From NCBI GenBank assembly GCA_040387315.1, contig JAZKEA010000338.1, positions 1-39,454 of the forward strand: a stretch of DNA of 39,454 bases, given 5' to 3'. A program made the position numbers and the translations under genes. Shown piece after piece: positions 31,185 to 39,454 of this stretch (positions within the stretch are counted from its first letter, which is position 1; each line of letters starts with the position of its first letter). This DNA is from Armatimonadota bacterium. Its GTDB lineage: Bacteria; Armatimonadota; Armatimonadia; Armatimonadales; Armatimonadaceae. The notes under the pieces are model-generated. The model was not told where the DNA came from. It saw only the letters and a program-made list of their open reading frames with translations, and ran no database searches.

Positions 31185-32114
31185 TTACGCTTCGTCAGAC
31201 CCATTGTCAGGAGGAAGCATCTTTGAGGCAGTGAACAGCGTAAAGAGCTGGCTTCGGCGTTTGACATCCGTTTTCTTGAAGGCGCTTTGCAGGTGCGATT
31301 TAACGGTGGCAACCGTTGTGCAGAGGTGTTCAGCAATTTCTCTATTGGAAAGCCCTTTTGCGGCTAGTTGAGCTGTCTGTGCCTCGCGAGCGGTCAAATA
31401 ACGATACTGGTACCGCAACTTCAGGCTTTCAGTGGTGCTAGTGAGAAGCCCTGAAATGCGTTTTGGCACAGGCAATGGACAGAGGCTACTTGTGCTACCT
31501 CCTTTTCGCAGGATCTGTGCCGAAGAGGAAAGGTCGAAGTTTTGCTCCCTCCCCCGGTCGTTTGAGGTTGTAGTGGATATCTTAAGTGCCGCAGCAACGG
31601 CTTCGCGAAGTTCCGCCTCGCTTGCGTCCAGAGGGACGTGGGCATGTACACGCTCTCTGTAAAAAGAAGGGATAACCAGCGCCAGGTCAATACTTGGCGA
31701 CACGAGAACGATGCTAATCGGTTCTTCCTTCTTTTGATTTATGGCGAGAAGTGAAGATACCGATGAGGAAGTGAGCAGCGACTGCAAATCGTCACGGCTG
31801 CAGCAAATCAAGACAAAAACCGTCACATTAGAAATACAAAACCTCACCTGATCGTGTTTCGACTGGATCGAACACTCCTCATCCCCTAGACACACTGTCG
31901 AAAAAGTAGGATTTGCCGCGCTTCGGATCGTGTTCGCGAGAGAGGAGCAAAGCAGGCGCGGTCCAGCCAGGAAAACGCGAATGAGCTCTTTAGTCTCACG
32001 GGACTCCTCCAGGCTATGAGGGTGAGGCATCGGGTATACAGAATCCGTTAATGCGGGTGAGACCTGCTCTGATTCCTCGTCGGGATGCATCGGGCCGTTC
32101 TCCTGTGAGAGCAT
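31185..32114 (-). CDS. LuxR/GerE-type transcriptional regulator with a degenerate receiver-like N-terminal domain
   Basis: The C-terminal HTH reads LTAREAQTAQLAAKGLSNREIAEHLCTTVATVKSHLQSAFKKTDVKRRSQL. The N-terminal region has receiver-like strand/helix periodicity but lacks the acidic pocket (IRVFLAGPRLL, VFVLICCS). Confidence 0.7.
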   Translation of the reverse strand: MLSQENGPMHPDEESEQVSPALTDSVYPMPHPHSLEESRETKELIRVFLAGPRLLCSSLANTIRSAANPTFSTVCLGDEECSIQSKHDQVRFCISNVTVFVLICCSRDDLQSLLTSSSVSSLLAINQKKEEPISIVLVSPSIDLALVIPSFYRERVHAHVPLDASEAELREAVAAALKISTTTSNDRGREQNFDLSSSAQILRKGGSTSSLCPLPVPKRISGLLTSTTESLKLRYQYRYLTAREAQTAQLAAKGLSNREIAEHLCTTVATVKSHLQSAFKKTDVKRRSQLFTLFTASKMLPPDNGSDEA

Positions 32115-32307
32115 CCTAACAACCGCCGATTACAGAAGCCTTACAAACCCAAAGAAAAGTGCAGAGAATTACAGGTATTTTTCATTTGTTGGTCGTGAGC
32201 GCGCGCCTTCCGGGAGCACGCAGCTCAGAGTGGAGCCTGCCTGGTATGTATAACCATGTTAGTATCCTGACGGTATCCTGAGTCAGCAGGGGAGAATCAG
32301 CAGTGAC

Positions 32308-32624
32308 ATGAGCAGTAGCGGTAGCAGCCACCTAGGAGTTCAGGATGCCGGAAGCACACGGGCAACCGGACCAGAGCCTGCGGATTTGCTGACCGCCGAG
32401 CAAGCGGCTGACCACCTTCAATTATGCACTTCGTTCAGCTTTCTTCTTCGTCGATAGGGTCATATATCCGCCAGGGCAAACTCAAAGCGTTCCGCATCGC
32501 GGGCCTGCGCAAGGTATTCACACCAAGGGCGCGCATCCTACTCCTCAAGAGCAGGCAGCGGTCACAACGCCCAGCAACTTTCCCACCTCGCGTCTCGGCA
32601 CTCGAAACCTTCTCAGTAGATTGA
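32308..32624 (+). pseudogene. Excisionase/MerR-type small HTH gene split across two frames
   Basis: Frame 1 starts at ATG 32308 (GGGGAGAA upstream) and reads …PADLLTAEQAADHLQLCTSFSFLLRR*. Frame 0 reads …VQLSSSSIGSYIRQGKLKAFRIAGLRKVFTPRARILLLKS…. Together they reconstitute the LLT.eeAA..L…Y..I..G.L.a.rigg pattern. Alternatively only the 66-aa ORF 32424..32624 is expressed. Confidence 0.4.
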
Positions 32625-32693
32625 ATACAACGGATGGCACCACCGCATGGAGGCTGATATAGCGACCAGTTTTGAGGAGTCTCTCGATTTTTC

Positions 32694-33029
32694 GTGCGAA
32701 GGCAGCAGCAACCTCCTATGATTTACCCTCCGGTTCTGCCATATCCATCTAGTTCGTCACGTGGTGTGTATGGCCGGATGACATCGGAACGGCCTGTTCC
32801 GACAGGGCAAGTGCACAAAGGCAAGCACTCGTTTATTCCTGCGTGCAGCTGCCGTAAAGGGCGGACCGTCATCCAGTTAGACGGAGTTATGAATCTGTTT
32901 CAGCCCAAACACGAAGCTTTTGGGCTGAAGAAGGAACAAAAAGTCGCCAAAACCAAAAATATTCAAGGAGAATTGGAGAAGGTTACCGCGACGACGTGGA
33001 AGATTCTCGAGAATTATACCTCAACCTAA
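32694..33029 (+). CDS. Hypothetical ORF; perhaps only the 46-aa distal part from ATG 32889
   Basis: The ORF is followed directly by a terminator-like hairpin. The N-terminal half is Pro/Ser/Arg rich and unconvincing. No homology was recognised. Confidence 0.25.
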   Translation: MRRQQQPPMIYPPVLPYPSSSSRGVYGRMTSERPVPTGQVHKGKHSFIPACSCRKGRTVIQLDGVMNLFQPKHEAFGLKKEQKVAKTKNIQGELEKVTATTWKILENYTST

Positions 33030-33034
33030 GATTT

Positions 33035-33068
33035 CCCCGTCCGTCCCACAGGACGGGGTTATCTCATT
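33035..33068 (+). terminator. Hairpin terminator between convergent genes
   Basis: CCCCGTCC (33035-33042) pairs with GGACGGGG (33051-33058) around an 8-nt loop, followed on + by TTATCTCATTT. On the minus strand no T-run follows, so it mainly fits the + transcript. Confidence 0.5.
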
Positions 33069-33085
33069 TGGTTCAATCTCACGTT

Positions 33086-34198
33086 TTATAACGCCAAACT
33101 GGCACGGAGTACCTCAGTCCTCAGCTGCTGAATACCTGCTGAATTATCACGACTGGGATGAACTCTATTTGTTAGGAGGATAACAAACATGTCGAGGGAA
33201 GGGACGAGCCAAATAGCAGTTCCTGTATAGCCTTTATGCCCATAAACTGCTAATGTTGTGCCCCGAGAACTCGTTTCTTCCGCGGCCACCCATGCGTAGC
33301 CTCTTGACTCGCTGAGCCCTTCGGTTTGGTTGCAGAGAGAATTTTGAATGATCTGATTCTCGAGAACCGCTCCGTCCTTACGGATACCTCCGGCCATAAT
33401 CATGGCACAGAACGCCGCGAGATCCTGGGATGTGGAGAAAACGCCTGCATGCCCCGCTACTCCTCCCATCCACGCGGCATTTTCATCATGTACAATTCCC
33501 AGTTGGCAAGCATTCAATGCAGCTCTGTACTCGGTTGGAGCAACTCGGTGGAAAAAACTAGGATGTGGATTAAAGCAGGTTTCCGTCATGCCTGCGGGAC
33601 GCCAAATCTGTTCGAAAACGTACTGGTCTAGGGTTTGTTTGCTGACAGCCTCAATAATAGCGCCCAAAAGGATAAAGCCGCGGTTGCTATAGACCACTCT
33701 CTTTCCTGGTTCATACTCCAAGGGAGAGCTGCAAATACCCGATACGATTGCCTGATTTGATGAGCCGAATTGTTGAACGAAGGTACTTGCGGGCAGACCC
33801 GCAGTGTGTGTAAGCAGCTGCCGAATAGAGACTTGTGCTGCCGGGGACATCGATGTTCCGTCGATATAGTCCGCTACTCGTCCCTCAAGCCGGAGGATGT
33901 CGCTTGCTAACAAGCGGCAAATTGCGGGCCAAGTTGCAATTACCTTTGTTAGAGATGCCAGATCGAAAATGGTGTCCCGTGTCATCCCTATGTCTTTTGG
34001 AACCTGCTGTCGCTTGCCGACGGCTTCGTGCAGAATGATTTCTCCCTGCTTTGCGATAAGTATCACAGCCCCTGGTATCAAACTCTCGTCTACCACTTCC
34101 TGAAGATTTGATCGCATATGGTTCAGGACCTTGCTATGCGAACTGGGTAAGTGGTCGGGGGCAAAAGATCGCCAATACGTATAATTTTTTAGGGACAT
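33086..34198 (-). CDS. Serine hydrolase of the class C beta-lactamase / PBP (transpeptidase-fold) family
   Basis: FDLASLTKV gives the SxxK motif, VYSNRGF gives YxN, and GHKGYTGTAIW gives a KTG-like box. The length of 370 aa is typical. Confidence 0.8.
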   Translation of the reverse strand: MSLKNYTYWRSFAPDHLPSSHSKVLNHMRSNLQEVVDESLIPGAVILIAKQGEIILHEAVGKRQQVPKDIGMTRDTIFDLASLTKVIATWPAICRLLASDILRLEGRVADYIDGTSMSPAAQVSIRQLLTHTAGLPASTFVQQFGSSNQAIVSGICSSPLEYEPGKRVVYSNRGFILLGAIIEAVSKQTLDQYVFEQIWRPAGMTETCFNPHPSFFHRVAPTEYRAALNACQLGIVHDENAAWMGGVAGHAGVFSTSQDLAAFCAMIMAGGIRKDGAVLENQIIQNSLCNQTEGLSESRGYAWVAAEETSSRGTTLAVYGHKGYTGTAIWLVPSLDMFVILLTNRVHPSRDNSAGIQQLRTEVLRASLAL

Positions 34199-34368
34199 TG
34201 CATCGGGCTCTTAGGACGTAGGCAAAAGATTATAGGCACTACATCCAAAATACGGTGGACTCAAAAATCTGGATTTTGACCGGTGTTCATAGTGCTCCTT
34301 CGCTTAACAAGCCTTAAACTGCTAAATGGGAACACCGTTTATGTAACGTCAGGAGTTGACTCGAAACC

Positions 34369-35658
34369 TTAACATCGCTTCCTATCATAGCAAAATACCT
34401 TCGCTCCGAGTGCAGCGAGCTTTTCATACAAACGCGCGTGCCCCCTCTCAAGGTGGTACGTTCCTCTCAGACGTGTCTCCCCCTGTGCAGCCAGAGCGGC
34501 AATAAGAAGCGCGGCGCCGCCTCGGATATCGTGCGCCTCTACGTCTGTGCCCCGAAGATGTGTAATTCCCTCCACGGTGGCGCTCTGTCCATCAATCTCT
34601 AAGGCGCCTCCCATGCGTTGCAGATAGGGAACCTGGCGAAACCTGTTGGTATAGAGGGTTTCTCGGATATGACTTCTGCCAGACGCCTGGGTCATCAGAG
34701 CCATGAACTGTGGCTGCAAATCTGTCGGAAATTCTGGATATGGTCCGGTCTTGATGCTCTGTGCGAGTAACCGGTCCGGCGCCTGCGCCGTAACTTCGTT
34801 CTCCGTCCTCAAAAAGGTGCATCCCGCTGCTTCTAGAAGATTACAAAGCAAGGATAGATGTTTCAGATCCTCCCTTGGCAGTGTTATACTTCCGCAAGTT
34901 GCCATGGCAGCCATGAGAAGTGTCCCGGCCTCTAATCGATCCGGCATTATCCTAAGCGCAGCCCCACCGAGCGGATTAGCCCCCTGTATTTCGATTTGGG
35001 GGGTGCCGACGCCCTCTATGGCTACCCCCATCTGTTTGAGTAAAAGCGCCAAATCGATCAGTTCCGGTTCTTTAGCCGCGTTGTTGATGAGCGTCACCTC
35101 CGGTATTGTAGAAGCCAGCAACATTGCGAACCCGGTGCCCGTGAAACTGGGAAAAGGGAGGTTCAGGATTTTCGCCTTCAGACGACTGGCAGTAAACGTT
35201 AAGCCTGCTTCATCAGACGTGACAGTGCCACCGAGTTCATGGATAATGTAAAAATGGGTGTCTAGGGGACGAGCGCCTATTCGGTCTCCGCCTGGATGCG
35301 GGATTGATGCTTGACCGAACCGCGACAGCAGACCGGGCACGAACAGCAATGTCGACCGCAATCTACTGCCCAAATCAAAAGGTACATGAGTGCTTTTCAG
35401 TTTCTTTGCACATAACGTTATACGCTCTTGGTCCTTCTCTAATTTGGTTTCGCAGTTCAACGCCTGCAGAATTTCAGCAAGAGCAAAAACGTCCTGGATA
35501 AGGGGCAGTCCTGATAATTCCACGACATGGTCTGTCAACAGAGCGGCAGTCACCAAAAACTGCATCGAATTTTTAGCGCCGCTAGATTTCGCCGTGCCGT
35601 GAAGGGCAGTACCCCCAACGATTTTTAACAGGTCCGACTGTGGTTCAATAAGATTCAT
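34369..35658 (-). CDS. murA: UDP-N-acetylglucosamine 1-carboxyvinyltransferase (MurA family) with Asp at the fosfomycin-target position
   Basis: GGTALHGTAKSSGAKNS…, HPGGDRIGARPLDTH (Asp where E. coli has Cys115), YPEFPTDLQPQFMAL and HLERGHARLYEKLAALGAKV. The start is set at MNLIEPQ (35658), overlapping the murB stop (ATGA). The 80-codon upstream extension of the track ORF overlaps murB and was rejected. Confidence 0.85.
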   Translation of the reverse strand: MNLIEPQSDLLKIVGGTALHGTAKSSGAKNSMQFLVTAALLTDHVVELSGLPLIQDVFALAEILQALNCETKLEKDQERITLCAKKLKSTHVPFDLGSRLRSTLLFVPGLLSRFGQASIPHPGGDRIGARPLDTHFYIIHELGGTVTSDEAGLTFTASRLKAKILNLPFPSFTGTGFAMLLASTIPEVTLINNAAKEPELIDLALLLKQMGVAIEGVGTPQIEIQGANPLGGAALRIMPDRLEAGTLLMAAMATCGSITLPREDLKHLSLLCNLLEAAGCTFLRTENEVTAQAPDRLLAQSIKTGPYPEFPTDLQPQFMALMTQASGRSHIRETLYTNRFRQVPYLQRMGGALEIDGQSATVEGITHLRGTDVEAHDIRGGAALLIAALAAQGETRLRGTYHLERGHARLYEKLAALGAKVFCYDRKRC

Positions 35659-36554
35659 TGAAGAGGGAAAAGACCTCCGTGTGTATCGACCCAGAGCTTG
35701 ATCTCTAACTCCAGTAGAATACCAAAGCATTTTTGGACACATGAGCGGGCGTGAGCGATCAGCGTCACTACGTCTTGCCATGTGGCACTGCCGGAGTTCA
35801 TGATGAAGTTCGCATGAACCTCCGATATTTTTGCCCCTCCCACGCTGAAGCCTTTCAGCTGGCACTGATCCAAGTAGTATCCGGCCGAAACCCAGCATTG
35901 ATTCTTGCTGTCGTAGTGTCTTTTGAAGGTAGATCCCAGTGTTCGGCCGCGAGGTTGCGTTCTAAATCGATAGTCGCGAAACGAGCGCATCAGCGACCCG
36001 ATTCGTTCTCGGTCGCCCGCGGTTAGCTGAAGGCACGCTCCCAGCACTATGTATTTCGACGGGTCAATATTCGTCCAGCGATGGCTGGCCTCGATGTCTT
36101 GATGAAAAAGTGTAACGGCCTCGCCGTTGTGCGTCATTGCCCGGACATAGAGTAACCTATCTATGATCTCTTCCGCGAAAGCGCCAGCGTTCATCACTAT
36201 GGACCCGCCCAGTGTTCCCGGCACATTGACTGCCCACTCAAGTCCCGATAATCCGTAATGCAATGCAGCCTTTGCCAGTGCAGGAAGATAGGTGCCCGCT
36301 TGAGCGTACATCTTTGTGCCGTCCGTTTGTAGGTTGGTTCCAGTTATCTTAAGCACAAGTGCGTCGTCGGGTAGATCGCCGATCAGCGTGTTGCTGCCAG
36401 CACCCAGGCACAGAATCCGGTGAGACGAAGCTCGAGCCGTTTCTATAATCTCCTTCACTTCGTATTCCGTTTCGATGGCTGCAAAATACGGAGCAATACC
36501 ACCGATCTTTAATGTCGAACATCCCGCAAGCGAGTGGTTCTGGTAAAGTGTCAT
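35655..36554 (-). CDS. murB: UDP-N-acetylenolpyruvoylglucosamine reductase (short MurB type)
   Basis: SLAGCSTLKIGGIAPYF…ILCLGAGSNTLIGD…NVPGTLGGSIVMNAGAF…SHRWTN…GSTFKR… is the FAD-binding MurB pattern. The length is 299 aa. Confidence 0.85.
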   Translation of the reverse strand: MTLYQNHSLAGCSTLKIGGIAPYFAAIETEYEVKEIIETARASSHRILCLGAGSNTLIGDLPDDALVLKITGTNLQTDGTKMYAQAGTYLPALAKAALHYGLSGLEWAVNVPGTLGGSIVMNAGAFAEEIIDRLLYVRAMTHNGEAVTLFHQDIEASHRWTNIDPSKYIVLGACLQLTAGDRERIGSLMRSFRDYRFRTQPRGRTLGSTFKRHYDSKNQCWVSAGYYLDQCQLKGFSVGGAKISEVHANFIMNSGSATWQDVVTLIAHARSCVQKCFGILLELEIKLWVDTHGGLFPLQ

Positions 36555-36657
36555 TTATTTTTTCCGCGATTGGTCATCTGCGAGCGGCGGCCTTTCAGGA
36601 GCGCCGTTGTCGCTCGAGAGTAGCGACGGACGCAAGGATTTTCCCGGAGGGTTTGAG

Positions 36658-38373
36658 TCATTTCACGATGAGATAATCTTCCATGATTAGTGCGTCCAGT
36701 CCTGTGGAATAAAACGAGGCTATTGCGTCTTTGGGCGTACAGACAATTGGCTCTCCCTTTACGTTAAAGGAGGTGTTAAGGATGGCTGGCACCGAGGTTA
36801 TCCGGGTAAAATTTTCGATCATTTGACGGTACCGGGTGTAGGGCGCCGTATTCGGTAGAATCTGTGGACGAGCAGTTCCATCAACATGTACTGCTGCAGG
36901 GATGAGGTGCTTCGCTGCGTTCTGAACTTCAAAGGCCTGCATCATGAATAAGCTGTCAGAGAAGCCATCAAAGAGGATACTCGCAAATGTATCAGTAAGG
37001 GTGGGAGCGAAGGGCCGCCATGACTCGCGGAATTTAATTCGCTTATTGACAATGTCTTTGGTTTCGATGGAAGCCGGATTAGCTAGAATGGATCGCGCCC
37101 CTAACGCCCGCGCACCAATTTCCATGCAGCCTTGAAACCAACCGATAATTTTGCCCTCAGCCAAATACTGTGCCGCTACGCTTGCGGGATCCGCAACTCG
37201 CGCGTGCTGAACTTTGGCAGTCCTAAGCGCACGCTCGATTTGCTCGTTTGAAAATCCTGGTCCCCAAAACGCATGGACCATTTTGAAGCGCGGATCATAG
37301 CCCGCCTCTTTGCTGGCAATCATAGCGGCTCCTAGGGCCGTTCCGGAGTCCTGACTCGCCGGCTGAATGAAAAGGTTCCGTACCCTGCCTGACCGGGCGA
37401 TAAAGCCGTTTAGGGAGCAGTTCATCGCGACGCCTCCGGCTAAACACAAATTATCAATCATGTCGTCGGGAGAATGGATTTCGAGTAAGTGAAGAGCGGC
37501 TTTCTCCAGAAGATCCTGTGCGATGTAAGCCACATTTTTATAATGGTCGGTAATTGGTTCGTTTCGGTTGCGCGGAGGGCCGAGTTCGGTGACCAGCCTG
37601 TCGGTAAAACGGGTTCCGTACGTATGGTCGCCGAAGAAAATATATGCTGGGTCGACTTGGTAGCCCTTCTTGTTAAGTGAAAGTACCCTAGTCAATACAT
37701 CCCGGGCCTTCGCATCTTCCTGACCGAACGCGGCGAGTCCCATGACAATCCCCTCATGCTGGTTTGGCAGGAATCCAAGGAATTCGGTGACCATGGAGTA
37801 AAACCATCCCAAAGAATGGGGCAACGGGAAGCTTTCTTTGATCCGAATGTCAAGGCCGTCACCTTCAAAAAATGCCGTCGCTATTTCTTCACCTGCTCCG
37901 TCAAGTGTCAGAATGGTAGCTCTTTCAAAACCGGAACTGAAGAATGTGCTGGCAGCATGAGCCAGATGGTGATCGACGAAGTAAAGCGGGGGGAATTTTT
38001 GGCTATAGCCTACCCGACGGAAGCCCTCGCGAATTCTATGAATAACACGGTCCTTATTGAAACGGTCAAACAACATTCGCTCAGTGAGCTTGGTGACGTC
38101 GTCTTTCGCGTACTTTCTGCTAATGCTCCGGTAGAATCGCTGCATGTTGCCGTTATATTTGTCAAGATTCCAGCCGATTGCGATGCACGAGACGTCAGAG
38201 AGAGAGATGCCCTGTTCACGAAGACAGAATGCGCTCGCCTGAAACGGGTACGTATCCGGGGCAGATTTAACGCGTGTGAAACGCTCTTCTTCCGCGAAGT
38301 TCAAGAGATTTCCATTATGGATTAAGCAGGCGGCCGCATTATGGCCCGCCTCAGACATGCCAAGGACATACAT
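36658..38373 (-). CDS. NodU/CmcH-family carbamoyltransferase
   Basis: MYVLGMSEAGHNAAACLIHNGNLLNFAEEERFTRVKSAPDTYPFQASAFCL… and the C-terminal NTSFNVKGEPIVCTPKDAI fit the family signatures. The length is 571 aa. Confidence 0.85.
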   Translation of the reverse strand: MYVLGMSEAGHNAAACLIHNGNLLNFAEEERFTRVKSAPDTYPFQASAFCLREQGISLSDVSCIAIGWNLDKYNGNMQRFYRSISRKYAKDDVTKLTERMLFDRFNKDRVIHRIREGFRRVGYSQKFPPLYFVDHHLAHAASTFFSSGFERATILTLDGAGEEIATAFFEGDGLDIRIKESFPLPHSLGWFYSMVTEFLGFLPNQHEGIVMGLAAFGQEDAKARDVLTRVLSLNKKGYQVDPAYIFFGDHTYGTRFTDRLVTELGPPRNRNEPITDHYKNVAYIAQDLLEKAALHLLEIHSPDDMIDNLCLAGGVAMNCSLNGFIARSGRVRNLFIQPASQDSGTALGAAMIASKEAGYDPRFKMVHAFWGPGFSNEQIERALRTAKVQHARVADPASVAAQYLAEGKIIGWFQGCMEIGARALGARSILANPASIETKDIVNKRIKFRESWRPFAPTLTDTFASILFDGFSDSLFMMQAFEVQNAAKHLIPAAVHVDGTARPQILPNTAPYTRYRQMIENFTRITSVPAILNTSFNVKGEPIVCTPKDAIASFYSTGLDALIMEDYLIVK

Positions 38374-38585
38374 TTAAGTTTCCTGAACTCTCCAGTGACT
38401 GCGTCGCGTCCGATTCCTCAGGGAACCTGGTGGAAAATGCGATAAATCTTTTACTGTACGCTGAGGATCACGATCAAATCGATGTTGCCGCCCCCGACGT
38501 CAATATGGTATATCGCTAGGACGCACTTTGATCTGGGGGCCTGGAACCCCGAGTTTTACCGGGATCATTCGCTAGGCTACTTCCG

Positions 38586-39454
38586 ATGAGTTCTCACTCC
38601 ATAAAACGACGGCCTCCTTCCGCGTACCCAGATCTTGTTTCCCGCTTCGGCAGGCACAGCGACTTTGCAGGGATGTACGCTAATTGCTTCGCGCAAGCTC
38701 CCCAAGACCCACGTGACCTGACCTACCGCCAGATCAAGCACGAGTGGGACGTGTTCACCCGGAACCCCGCCACGGTGACTTTCGTCGTCGAGGACCGCTC
38801 GCGGGTCGAACTGGAACGGGTATGCGGTTGCGGGCAGATGGTGTTTGTCCAGCAGGACTTTGCCGATTGGGTGCATGAGACAAGGAAGCCAGGGATAAAC
38901 GGGGAAGCGGCGCGGCAGGACAAGCAACACCTTCTTGATTTCCGCCAAATGCGGAGCGCAAACAGCTCTAAGGGAGTTATAGGCCTCGTCACCCGATGGC
39001 ACTCCGGAACGGAGGGAAGTTTTCCCGAAAGTTTCCGGGCAGGGGTACGGGCAGTGCTTTACCGCGGGATGATGGATTTTTTCCTGGGTTTCAAATTCCG
39101 CGAGATTATCGGCGAAACCAACGGACACCAAGCGTTCCAGTATGCACAGGACGCAGGGTTTCGAGTACTAAACCGTTTTTCCGACTATTATTCCGTGCCG
39201 AATACGCCAGAGCCGCGGTATGGATTGGTCCACATCACACGTGAGCAGGCACTTCAAAACGACGCGACCCGTATCAGCCAGCTTTTTGTCGACTATCGTG
39301 CGCCGCGACTTCACTTGAACGAAACCAGCCGTGAGCTGCTCCAGCTCGCTATGCTCGGATACGGTGACTCCGAGATCGCTAGACTCACGGGCTGCTCCCT
39401 TAAGGGTATCCAGAAACGATGGTATGTGCTCAGCGCCTTAGAGCGGAGCAACCC
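38586..39454 (+). CDS. LuxR-type HTH protein with an unknown ~230-aa N-terminal domain. It is partial, runs off the window end, and is not in the ORF track.
   Basis: My own translation of phase 0 from ATG 38586 is open to the window end: MSSHSIKRRPPSAYPDLVSRFG…VTFVVEDRSRVELERVCGCGQMVFVQQDF…GVIGLVTRWHSGTEGSFPESFRAGVRAVLYRGMMDFFLGFKFREIIGETNGHQAFQYAQDAGFRVLNRF…LNETSRELLQLAMLGYGDSEIARLTGCSLKGIQKRW…. The tail is a GerE/LuxR HTH. Confidence 0.6.
   Translation, partial: MSSHSIKRRPPSAYPDLVSRFGRHSDFAGMYANCFAQAPQDPRDLTYRQIKHEWDVFTRNPATVTFVVEDRSRVELERVCGCGQMVFVQQDFADWVHETRKPGINGEAARQDKQHLLDFRQMRSANSSKGVIGLVTRWHSGTEGSFPESFRAGVRAVLYRGMMDFFLGFKFREIIGETNGHQAFQYAQDAGFRVLNRFSDYYSVPNTPEPRYGLVHITREQALQNDATRISQLFVDYRAPRLHLNETSRELLQLAMLGYGDSEIARLTGCSLKGIQKRWYVLSALERSN

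Noticed and set aside
35659-35898. 80-codon N-terminal extension of the MurA ORF in the track
   Set aside because: It overlaps the 3-prime end of murB and has Arg/Cys-rich junk composition. MurA homology begins at MNLIEPQ, whose ATG forms an ATGA overlap with the murB stop.
38577-39131. 184-aa minus-strand ORF from the track
   Set aside because: It is the shadow of the plus-strand LuxR-type ORF translated by hand. It has no motifs and odd composition.

Overview
The window is a mosaic of seven parts. (1) 1 to ~12.5 kb is visibly GC-rich and looks like mobile DNA. It holds an orphan TPR fragment behind a GGC-repeat tract and a small secreted protein. It also holds an unknown ATGA-coupled two-gene operon, a ParB-like fusion protein and a DUF932 protein with an (SPx)8 tail. 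Next come an XRE regulator, a leader ORF, a Mrr-type nuclease and a C5-methyltransferase forming one cassette. Two winged-helix replication-type proteins and a decayed ISL3-like transposase close the segment. (2) 12.6-17.2 kb is an RHS/YD polymorphic toxin with an AT-rich tip and a putative immunity gene. (3) 17.8-24.6 kb is envelope-related: two TlpA-like redoxins, a 7TM sensor module with no output domain, a GNAT-like gene divergent from an XRE gene, a GT2 and a GT-C-like membrane protein. (4) 25.1-32.1 kb is a second, 1779-aa RHS toxin with a signal peptide, TPR-like helices and a C39-like peptidase domain. Its toxin tip is unassigned, its immunity gene is ATGA-coupled, and a LuxR-type gene lies upstream. 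(5) ~32.3-32.6 kb is a frameshifted excisionase-type HTH. (6) 33.1-38.4 kb is a minus-strand cluster: carbamoyltransferase, MurB, MurA with Asp at the fosfomycin-target Cys position, and a serine hydrolase. (7) 38.6 kb to the end is a plus-strand LuxR-type ORF missing from the ORF track. I saw no rRNA, tRNA or CRISPR. The best leads are the C39-RHS toxin with its unknown tip, the nuclease/methyltransferase cassette whose methylase has a conserved segment out of frame, and the unknown operon at 1947-3754. All family calls rest on motif recognition by eye and need HMM confirmation.
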